The notes under the pieces were generated by a model. It saw only the letters and a list, made by a program, of their open reading frames with translations, was not told where the DNA came from and ran no database searches. Position numbers and translations under genes: made by a program. From an uncultured Candidatus Saccharibacteria bacterium (GTDB lineage: Bacteria > Patescibacteriota > Minisyncoccia > Phycocordibacterales > UBA5272), in NCBI GenBank assembly GCA_964369115.1, contig CAYJED010000006.1, positions 1-56,368 on the forward strand: a stretch of 56,368 bases of DNA, given 5' to 3'. The number at the start of each line of letters is the position of its first letter. The first letter of the stretch is position 1. This document shows, in pieces, positions 36,753 to 44,575 of the stretch.

Positions 36753-36824
36753 GGCCCTATCGTCTATCGGTTAGGACACCGGCTTTTCATGCCGGGAAGC
36801 GGAGTTCGACTCTCCGTAGGGTCA
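36753..36824 (+). tRNA. tRNA-Glu (anticodon TTC)
   Basis: ggcccta/tagggtc acceptor (one G-U pair), ccggc-ttTTCat-gccgg anticodon arm, cggag-ttcgact-ctccg T-arm, discriminator A. Confidence 0.9.
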
Positions 36825-36998
36825 CAAAAGAGAGAGCTAGTTCGAGCACTCGAGAAGGGTCAAATTAGCATAATACAAAAAACAGCCTCATTTTGAGATT
36901 ATTTTTGTATTATGCTAGTCATTCCAACTATTCTTTTGTTTATAGATGTTTCCATACCTATCACAAATAGTAGCTGAATTATTTGTGACCTCATTTTC

Positions 36999-37832
36999 TT
37001 ATAAATTATCAAAAGGGCTCTTAATTTTTAATTTTCTTATATCAGTAACATGAGTGTATATTTGAGTAGTTTTAATATTTTTATGTCCTAATAATTCTTG
37101 AACTATCCTGATGTCAATACCTTGTTCTATGAGATGAGTAGCATAGGAGTGTCTTAAAGTATGCAAACTCGCGGGCTTATTTATCTTTGCTTTTTCTAAA
37201 GCTTTCTTAAAAACTTGCTCAGCACTTCGCGCTGTATACTTGCCACCTTTTTGACCTTCAAAAATGTATTTTTTGGGTTTGTATAGTTTGTAGTATTTAC
37301 GTAAGAGAATAAGTAAGTTTTCAGAAAGCATAACTTCACGGTCACGATTTCCTTTTGAATTCTCAATTCGTACCATCATCCTCTTTGAATCAATGTCAGA
37401 TATTTTTAAATTTATTGCTTCAGATATACGCATTCCGCAACTGTATATCGTGGAAATAATAGTCCTATGCTTGAGGTTTTCTATCGAGTCTATCATTTTC
37501 TTTATGTCTTCTGTAGACAAAACTTTTGGCAATTTAAATTCACTTCGATCAGGGTAGAGATAGTCAATATAGATGTTTTTATTATACAGAAATTTGTAGT
37601 ACAACTTAATAGCTCCAACTATACCTTTTTGAGCAGAGAAGCTAATTTTTTTGTCTTTTACTTTATGTTGAAGATATTTTTCTATATCCTCATGAAGAAG
37701 TTTCTCTATGTCTCTTTTGCTAAAATATTCAAGAAATGAAGAAATAGCAGCGCCGTATGTCTTGATTGTGTTTGGCGCGTATCTTTTTATCTCCATTACC
37801 TTATAAAACTTCGCAATATCTTCTTTATTCAT
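36999..37832 (-). CDS. Tyrosine recombinase/integrase (XerC/D-like, short form)
   Basis: N-terminal SAM-like domain (..TIKTYGAAISSFLEYF..). Catalytic residues appear in GMRISE, HTLRHSYATHL, LLGH and TQIYTHV. C-terminal SPFDNL. Confidence 0.9.
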   Translation of the reverse strand: MNKEDIAKFYKVMEIKRYAPNTIKTYGAAISSFLEYFSKRDIEKLLHEDIEKYLQHKVKDKKISFSAQKGIVGAIKLYYKFLYNKNIYIDYLYPDRSEFKLPKVLSTEDIKKMIDSIENLKHRTIISTIYSCGMRISEAINLKISDIDSKRMMVRIENSKGNRDREVMLSENLLILLRKYYKLYKPKKYIFEGQKGGKYTARSAEQVFKKALEKAKINKPASLHTLRHSYATHLIEQGIDIRIVQELLGHKNIKTTQIYTHVTDIRKLKIKSPFDNL

Positions 37833-37959
37833 AGTCTATACACACTAGTATAGCATATTTTATTTTAGTACAATTAGCATAACGATGATTCGCGAAATTT
37901 ACTCGAACTTCGTATATCTGAGTGTTGTAGGCTATTTTCGCGCGACAGAAAACTGAAAG

Positions 37960-38862
37960 ATGAAAGAAGATTACATAAAAAGAATTAACAACATATTCTT
38001 ATTTATTGATGAGAATTTAGATCAAGAATTGAATTTAGAAACCATTGCAAATATTGGATTTTATTCTCCATTTCATTTGCACAGAATTTTCAAAGCAATT
38101 ACAAACGAAACGATAAACGAATACATTACTCGCAAAAGAATTGAAAAAACTGCATCAATTCTTTTGCACAAAAGAGAAATCACAATTTCTCAACTTTCAT
38201 TACAATATGGATTTAACAGTAATTCATCATTTACAAGAACTTTCAAAAAATTTTATGGAATAAGTCCTACCGAATTCAGAAAATCCAATCCAAACAAATT
38301 TAGCAAGATTTGTAAAGTGGAAAGCAAGAATGGACAAGAAATTCGAATATTAGAGGAATATATTTGCAACATTAATAATCATAAAAATTGGATTAAAATG
38401 AAAGCAAAAATTGAAATTAAAGAAATGCCAAAATTAGATTTAGCATTTATTACACAAATTGGTCACAACGGAATGGAAAACGCTTATGACAAATTAATTA
38501 AATGGGCAACTCCGAAAGGACTTTTGGAAAATGAAAATCTAAAAGTAGTTACAATTTATCACGATAGTTTTAAAATAACTGAACCTGATAAAGTTAGAAT
38601 GAGTGCTTGTATTTCGTTAAAAGAAAAAATCGAAGTAACTGGCGAAATTGGTTTAACAACAATTGAAAAAGGAAAATTTATTGTTGGACATTTTGAAATT
38701 GGAATAAATGACTTTGAAAAATCGTGGAATAGTCTTTTCATTTGGATGAATGAAAATGGATATATGAAAGCCGACCGAAATCCATATGAAATTTATCACA
38801 ACAATTTCAACGAACATCCAGAGAAAATCAGCATTGTGGATTTTTGCATTCCAATTGAATAA
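37960..38862 (+). CDS. AraC-family HTH regulator fused to a GyrI-like ligand-binding domain
   Basis: SPFHLHRIFK..., QYGFNSNSSFTRTFKKFYGISPTEFR (AraC HTH). The C-terminal ~150 aa are GyrI/Rob-like (..YEIYHNNF..). Confidence 0.85.
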   Translation: MKEDYIKRINNIFLFIDENLDQELNLETIANIGFYSPFHLHRIFKAITNETINEYITRKRIEKTASILLHKREITISQLSLQYGFNSNSSFTRTFKKFYGISPTEFRKSNPNKFSKICKVESKNGQEIRILEEYICNINNHKNWIKMKAKIEIKEMPKLDLAFITQIGHNGMENAYDKLIKWATPKGLLENENLKVVTIYHDSFKITEPDKVRMSACISLKEKIEVTGEIGLTTIEKGKFIVGHFEIGINDFEKSWNSLFIWMNENGYMKADRNPYEIYHNNFNEHPEKISIVDFCIPIE

Positions 38863-39092
38863 AAAATAGTAACTGAAAAAACAGCCTACAACAGCGGTTT
38901 CAAAAAATGGCGAGTTTTCTGGTAAATTCGCGTTCCCGTTTCGCAAGAAATTTTATCTTAGCCGAAAGTTCGCAGTTACGAAGTTCGCCACTTCTTGAAG
39001 CCGCGACACGTTAGTGGCAAGTTTACAGAACGACACCACTGACAAGAACGAACAACTAAAATTTTAACTTTGATTAAATAAACAGAAAAATA

Positions 39093-39485
39093 ATGATAAA
39101 ATTTGCATACACAATTCTATACGTTAAAGACGTAACAAAATCAATAGAGTTCTATGAACAGGCTTTTGGATTTACAAGAAAATTTGTAACACCTGAAAAC
39201 GACTATGGAGAACTTTTAGTAGGCGAAACTACACTTTCATTTTGTTCAGTGACTTTGGCAAATTCAAACTTGAAGGACGGCTTTACCGAAAGTAATTTAA
39301 CGACCAAATCTTTTGGAATTGAAATTGCATTTACAACAGACAAAGTTGAAGAAACAGTTCAATCAGCAGTTAATGCAGGTGCGACAATTACTGAAATCCC
39401 AAAAACAAAACCTTGGGGACAAGTCGTTGCTTATATCAGAGACCTTGACGGATTTTTAATAGAAATTTGTACTCCCATATCATAG
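39093..39485 (+). CDS. VOC-family (glyoxalase/bleomycin-resistance fold) protein
   Basis: 130 aa. YVKDVTKSIEFYEQAFGF and PWGQVVAYIRDLDGFLIEI are typical VOC motifs. Confidence 0.8.
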   Translation: MIKFAYTILYVKDVTKSIEFYEQAFGFTRKFVTPENDYGELLVGETTLSFCSVTLANSNLKDGFTESNLTTKSFGIEIAFTTDKVEETVQSAVNAGATITEIPKTKPWGQVVAYIRDLDGFLIEICTPIS

Positions 39486-39491
39486 CGACAT

Positions 39492-40259
39492 ATGAAATCT
39501 AAAGATGAACAAATTGAGAAGTTTTTAGCTGAACTAAAAGTAAAAGACTCTGACAAATACGAAGTATTGACCAATTTACGAAGTGTTGTATTTACTTCAA
39601 TTTCTAATCTGTCCGAAACATTCAAATATGGCGGTATTTTGTTTTCAATAAATGACAGCTTTGGAGGACTTTATGTAAGCAAACAACACGTTTCTTTTGA
39701 ATTTACATATGGTTACAAACTTGACACCGAGTTAGCATTAGGAGGCGATGGCAAATACAGAAGACATTTAAAATTTAGGACACTTGACGAAGTCAATCAA
39801 TTAAAAGCGAAAATAAAATTACTGTTACTACAAATCGAAAAAATTGCTGATAAGGTGTTAGAAGAATACCTTAGGCGTTCAGGTAACAGTAAATTTATAG
39901 AAGATGGGTACTATCAAACGTATAATATCGGAAGAATGCTTATTGATATTCTTATACAAAAAATACACACCTATTCTGGAGTACCTGAGGACCAGGTGTT
40001 CAATGCACTCGTTCGAGCATCGTATGACGGACAAGACATTATGGATGAAGATCTTTTCAAGGACGGAGGAAATGAAATACAAGCATTTATAAAAGATCAT
40101 GAAAATATTTCTCCACAATCTTTTAATATTCCAAAAGTAAACCCCATAACTAAAAAAGAGAAACAGGATCTTGTAGATCTTTTTTCAAGAGAAGTAGACC
40201 TTGCAACCTATACTGACAAATATGTACTAAAGTTTTTAAAGAAATATGGAACTAAGTAG
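39492..40259 (+). CDS. DUF1801 (YdhG-like) domain protein with an extra C-terminal region
   Basis: The N-terminal ~110 aa resemble DUF1801 (..ETFKYGGILFS..HVSFEF..). The C-terminal half is unassigned. Starts 6 nt after the VOC gene. Confidence 0.6.
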   Translation: MKSKDEQIEKFLAELKVKDSDKYEVLTNLRSVVFTSISNLSETFKYGGILFSINDSFGGLYVSKQHVSFEFTYGYKLDTELALGGDGKYRRHLKFRTLDEVNQLKAKIKLLLLQIEKIADKVLEEYLRRSGNSKFIEDGYYQTYNIGRMLIDILIQKIHTYSGVPEDQVFNALVRASYDGQDIMDEDLFKDGGNEIQAFIKDHENISPQSFNIPKVNPITKKEKQDLVDLFSREVDLATYTDKYVLKFLKKYGTK

Positions 40260-40354
40260 ATTTAACCAGATTATACCAGTCTTTGAAATTCACTAAACAT
40301 TCTTATCTCCTCCACCAAAGATTTCCAATTCTTTAGCCCTAGGGTCACATCAGT

Positions 40355-40395
40355 AAAATACAAAACCCAAGCACTAGGCTTGGGTTTTGTATTTT
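40355..40395. terminator. Strong hairpin terminator, probably the displaced native terminator of tRNA-Glu
   Basis: 18-bp perfect stem aaaatacaaaacccaagc/gcttgggttttgtatttt. The 3' arm ends in a T-run. Confidence 0.75.
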
Positions 40396-40736
40396 AGAGA
40401 CTGAAATGCTTCAGTGTCGTGCCGATGTGACGGTCGGAACTATGTTTTTCTAGCAAGAAAAACAAGTGAGACAGGGTCGAGAAATTTTATAAGCGACGGC
40501 GAAATAGTTTTACGACCCTACAGTACGTGACCTGCGTAACGTATGTGGAGAATCGAATAGGGGTCTCGGGGGCTTCTCGAGCGAAGCGGGTGCTCCTGTG
40601 GCCGACCCTCCATTACGATTCAAGAAATTCATGGCTGACCAATATGACCATTCCTACAAGGTTTCATAGATTTTTGTATTATTTTAAGGTAAACTCGAAA
40701 CATATATTACTATTCAATTTTTGTATATAACAGCAC

Positions 40737-41108
40737 ATGTCGGATAAATCACAAAAAAGAATACTTATCATTGAAGATGAAAAACCTCTTGCTCACGCTC
40801 TTTCTTTGAAACTCATGCACGAAGGTTTTGATGTTAAAGCTACTGGAAGTGGAGAAGAAGGTTTGCAACTTATTCAGTCTGAAAAGTTTGACCTTGTTCT
40901 TACTGATTTAATTATTCCTGGGGTGGACGGTTTTAAAATTCTTGAGACAATTAAAGAGAAGAAAATAAAAACAGTTGTTGTGGTGATGACTAATCTTAAC
41001 CAAGAAGAAGATCGTAAAAAAGTTTTTGACCTAGGTGCTGTTGACTACTTTGTGAAATCAAATGCATCGCTTTCACAAATTGTTGAAAACGTAGCAAAGA
41101 AACTCTAG
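40737..41108 (+). CDS. Stand-alone response-regulator receiver (CheY-like) protein
   Basis: ILIIEDE, phospho-acceptor context DLVLTDLIIPGVDG, and conserved T and K (VMTN.., FVKS). No output domain. Confidence 0.9.
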   Translation: MSDKSQKRILIIEDEKPLAHALSLKLMHEGFDVKATGSGEEGLQLIQSEKFDLVLTDLIIPGVDGFKILETIKEKKIKTVVVVMTNLNQEEDRKKVFDLGAVDYFVKSNASLSQIVENVAKKL

Positions 41109-41141
41109 CTTCTCTGGTACACTTGTACGTAAGACTCGTAC

Positions 41142-42890
41142 ATGAAGAACATCGACAATGCTCATATTAAAGAGCTCTTGATTGCTGGTAGCTATATCAG
41201 TGATGAAGATGCACAGAAAGCTGAAGAAGTTGCAAAAAGTAGTAGCATCAGTTTTATTGATGCGCTTTTACGTGACGGTATTGTTAATAGCGACATCGTA
41301 GGTCAGGCAACGGCAGAAAGTTTTAATGTTCCTTATGCTGATTTAAACTCAGCTGCTATTCCGGCAGACCAGATTCGTAAAATTCCTGAAGAACTTGCAA
41401 AAAAGCTTAGAGTTATTCTTTTTAATGAAGAAAAAGAAGATGAAGTAACTGTAACTACTGATGCTCCAGACCAGGCTGATTTAGAAAAGGAATTAAAAGG
41501 AATTTTTCCTGGTAAGAAAATTAATCTCGCGTATTCTCTCTCTGAAGATATTGATAACCTTTTTATTTTTTATGAGAAACCACTCGATACTCGCTTTTCA
41601 AAAATCATTGAAGAGTCTGATCGTGTTGCGCCAGAAATTCTTGAAGAAATTTTTGATGATGCTATTACATATAAAGCTTCAGATATTCACTTTGAGCCAC
41701 AAGCACGTGTAGTTGTGATTCGTTTTCGTGTTGATGGTGTGCTCCATGAAGCAGGGCGTCTTCCTAAAGAGTATTACGAAAATGTACTTAACCGTATAAA
41801 AGTAAAAAGTGCTCTTCGTATCGATGAACATTATGCAGCTCAAGACGGAGCACTTCACTATGATGGGAAAAATGGTATTTCGGTTGATATGCGTACCTCT
41901 CTTGTGCCAATTGTTGAAGGCGAAAAGGTGGTGCTTCGTGTGCTCGGGTCGTATGTTCAAGGACTTACCTTTAATGACCTTGGGCTTACTCCGCGTAATC
42001 AGGAGCTTTTACGAGAGGCCGCTGAAAAGCCTTTTGGAATGATTCTTGTGGTTGGACCAACTGGTTCTGGAAAAACAACAACGTTGTACTCACTTCTTAA
42101 GATGCTTAATAATCCAGATACAAACATCACCACCATTGAAGACCCTGTTGAATATAAGGTGCAAGGACTTAACCAGATTCAAGTAAACCAAATAACGGGA
42201 CTCACCTTTGCTCGAGGGCTTCGCGCTATTGTGCGACAAGATCCGGATATTATTCTTGTGGGGGAAATTCGTGATCTTGAAACAGTTGAAATATCGGTTA
42301 ATGCTGCTCTTACTGGACACCTCCTTCTTTCTACTTTTCACGCAAACGACGCTGCTACTGCAATTCCGCGTCTCTTGGATATGGGGACGGAACCATTCCT
42401 CCTTTCGTCTACCATGAACCTTATCATTGCGCAGCGTCTTGTGCGTAAGATTTGCGAGCACTGTAAAGTTTCTGTTGTTAAGAAACCTGAAGATTTTAAC
42501 ACTCCTCAGTTAAAAGGGGTCATAAAATATCTCCCAGCAAAAAATCTTACTCTCTATGAAGGTAAAAAATGTGAAGTATGTGGTTTTACGGGGTACAAAG
42601 GCCGTACTTCAATTTATGAAGTTATTAAAATTACCCCAACAATGCAGGAGCTTATCGTAAAACGTCCTTCTGCTCAGGAGATTTGGGAGCTCGCGAGAAA
42701 GGAGGGAGCAAAATCGGTGTTTGAAGATGGTCTCGAAAAAGTTAAAAATGGTTTCACTACAATTGAGGAACTCATTCGTATCGCACCACCACCGGACAGT
42801 CTTGATTTTTTGTTAAACAAAGAAGAGAAAAACACCACAACAAAAAAGACCACAAAGAAAGAAATAAAGAGTTCGGTAAAGAAAAAATAA
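41142..42890 (+). CDS. pilB: Type IV pilus assembly ATPase (GspE/PilB family)
   Basis: T2SSE_N-like N-terminus, Walker A GPTGSGKTTT, Asp and His boxes (VGEIRD.., TGHLLLSTFHAN), tetracysteine CEHC...CEVC, Lys-rich tail. Confidence 0.92.
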   Translation: MKNIDNAHIKELLIAGSYISDEDAQKAEEVAKSSSISFIDALLRDGIVNSDIVGQATAESFNVPYADLNSAAIPADQIRKIPEELAKKLRVILFNEEKEDEVTVTTDAPDQADLEKELKGIFPGKKINLAYSLSEDIDNLFIFYEKPLDTRFSKIIEESDRVAPEILEEIFDDAITYKASDIHFEPQARVVVIRFRVDGVLHEAGRLPKEYYENVLNRIKVKSALRIDEHYAAQDGALHYDGKNGISVDMRTSLVPIVEGEKVVLRVLGSYVQGLTFNDLGLTPRNQELLREAAEKPFGMILVVGPTGSGKTTTLYSLLKMLNNPDTNITTIEDPVEYKVQGLNQIQVNQITGLTFARGLRAIVRQDPDIILVGEIRDLETVEISVNAALTGHLLLSTFHANDAATAIPRLLDMGTEPFLLSSTMNLIIAQRLVRKICEHCKVSVVKKPEDFNTPQLKGVIKYLPAKNLTLYEGKKCEVCGFTGYKGRTSIYEVIKITPTMQELIVKRPSAQEIWELARKEGAKSVFEDGLEKVKNGFTTIEELIRIAPPPDSLDFLLNKEEKNTTTKKTTKKEIKSSVKKK

Positions 42891-42893
42891 GAT

Positions 42894-44138
42894 ATGCCAA
42901 AACTCCTTACCAAAAAAAATAAGGAAGTGGCTACTTCAGAAAAAGTAAACAAGGAAGATGTTTCTTCTGAAAAAGTATTTCTTAAAAAAACGACACCAAA
43001 AGAAGAAAAGGTGAGTGTTTCTGCGCCTGTTAAAGCAACCCCGATAACTCCGAGGAAGGTTGTTGTTGAAGAAAATTTATCAACATTCGGTCTCTCTAAA
43101 GATCGTGATCAGTTTATTGAAAATTTGAGCATGCTTATCCTTTCTGGGATGTCTATTATTTCTGCTCTCTCTTCAATCATTAAGCAAACAAAAAATGCTC
43201 AGATGAAAAAGATCCTTGAGCGCATGCTTATAGAAATTGAAGCTGGATCTACTGTATGGAAAGCGTTTGATAGGACTAAGTTTTTTAAGGGATATACAAT
43301 TTCTCTTATTCGTCTTGGTGAAGAATCTGGAAACTTCGCAGAAAATCTCCGCGTTGTTGCGCTTGAAGAAGAAAAAGATAGAGAGTTTAAATCAAAAGTG
43401 CGGTCAGCACTCATGTACCCAGTTTTTGTACTTGGTCTTACGGGGATTATTGGTATCGGTATTTCTTGGTTTATTCTTCCAAAACTTTCAAAAATCTTTG
43501 GGGATCTTAAGCTTGAACTTCCTTTTATTACAGAAGTCCTTATCGGCTTTGGTGTTTTTCTCAGTAAACACGGTCTCATTGCTGTACCACTTGCTTCTAT
43601 TGTTATCGGCTGTATTGCTTATATTATTTTCTTTTATGAAAAAACAAAGTTTATGGGCGAAGCAATTATCTTTTCTATTCCAGGAATTAAGACTCTTCTT
43701 ATGGAGGTTGAGGTGGCACGTTTTGGGTACCTTTTGGGAACTCTGCTTGAAGCAGGTCTTCCTGTTACAAAAGCGATAGATTCTTTGATTGGAGCATCAG
43801 AGGTGTCACGTTATAAAAAATTCTATATTCATCTTCATGATGCTATTGATATGGGGAATTCATTTGAAAAAAGTTTTCTTCTCTATAAAAATATAGACTC
43901 TCTTATTCCTCAACCTATTCAACAGCTTATTATTTCTGGAGAGCAGTCAGGTAATCTTAATAAAACGCTCATCAAGGTAGGGCAAGTGCTTGAAGCAAAG
44001 TCAGATACCACTACTAAAAACCTCACCATTATCATGGAGCCAATCCTTCTTGTGATCGTTTGGGCGGGTGTGGTGACTGTTGCGTTTGCCGTTATTCTCC
44101 CGATCTACTCTCTTGTTGGAGGTATGAATATTATGTAA
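42894..44138 (+). CDS. pilC: Type IV pilus platform protein (GspF/PilC family)
   Basis: Two T2SSF-type repeats, three hydrophobic segments, and ..GEESGN/GEQSGNL motifs. Confidence 0.9.
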   Translation: MPKLLTKKNKEVATSEKVNKEDVSSEKVFLKKTTPKEEKVSVSAPVKATPITPRKVVVEENLSTFGLSKDRDQFIENLSMLILSGMSIISALSSIIKQTKNAQMKKILERMLIEIEAGSTVWKAFDRTKFFKGYTISLIRLGEESGNFAENLRVVALEEEKDREFKSKVRSALMYPVFVLGLTGIIGIGISWFILPKLSKIFGDLKLELPFITEVLIGFGVFLSKHGLIAVPLASIVIGCIAYIIFFYEKTKFMGEAIIFSIPGIKTLLMEVEVARFGYLLGTLLEAGLPVTKAIDSLIGASEVSRYKKFYIHLHDAIDMGNSFEKSFLLYKNIDSLIPQPIQQLIISGEQSGNLNKTLIKVGQVLEAKSDTTTKNLTIIMEPILLVIVWAGVVTVAFAVILPIYSLVGGMNIM

Positions 44139-44140
44139 AC

Positions 44141-44575
44141 ATGAAGTACAAAGGTTTTACTCTTCCGGAAGTTCTTCTCTCTATAACATTGCTTAGTGTT
44201 ATTACAGGGATAACAGTCCCTGCATATCGTGCTTTCCTTCTTCGAAACGAGCTCGATACTTCAACTATTGCACTTGTTCATAATTTGCGAAGAGCTCAAG
44301 CTCTCGCAAGATCATCTGATGGGGATATGTCGTGGGGAGTAAGAGTGGGTGTCGGGAGTATACTTGTCTATAAAGGAATTAACTATATCTCACGAGATAG
44401 TCTTTTTGATGAGAATACTTCAATTCCCACAATTATAAATCCTTCTGGATTGCAAGAGGTGACTTTTAGTAAAGCAAAAGGTATTCCTAATGCCACAGGG
44501 ACATTTATTTTTACATCAGACACAGGGGAAGTGAGAACTATTTTGATAAATGAAAAAGGAACCATTGATTATTAA
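44141..44575 (+). CDS. Prepilin-type minor pilin (GspH/FimT-like)
   Basis: MKYKG|FTLPEVLLSI is a class III signal peptide with G-1, F+1 and E+5. ATG 44141 lies within track ORF 44060..44575. Confidence 0.85.
   Translation: MKYKGFTLPEVLLSITLLSVITGITVPAYRAFLLRNELDTSTIALVHNLRRAQALARSSDGDMSWGVRVGVGSILVYKGINYISRDSLFDENTSIPTIINPSGLQEVTFSKAKGIPNATGTFIFTSDTGEVRTILINEKGTIDY

Larger units (their letters stand above)
36817..40349. mobile_element. Integrated genomic island at the 3' end of tRNA-Glu (integrase plus three cargo genes)
   Basis: Direct repeat tagggtcaca at 36817-36826 and 40340-40349 (12 of 13 with flanks). The integrase is adjacent to the tRNA. A strong hairpin terminator sits immediately after the right repeat, where a tRNA terminator would be expected. 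Confidence 0.7.

Noticed and set aside
36817-40349. Integron (IntI plus attC-bounded cassettes) as the interpretation of the island.
   Set aside because: The recombinase lacks the IntI-specific insertion between the patch regions and is only 277 aa. The intergenic repeats show no RYYYAAC/GTTRRRY core sites. VOC and DUF1801 are only 6 nt apart, with no site between them.
40527-40730. 67-aa GTG-initiated ORF upstream of the pilus operon.
   Set aside because: It has no SD, its composition is odd, and it spans a transition from GC-rich structured sequence into AT-rich promoter-like sequence. It is more likely non-coding.
43237-43779. 180-aa alternative-frame ORF (and the 126-aa antisense ORF) within pilC.
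   Set aside because: Both lie fully inside a well-supported PilC gene. Their Leu/Phe/Ser-rich translations are typical of an off-frame reading.
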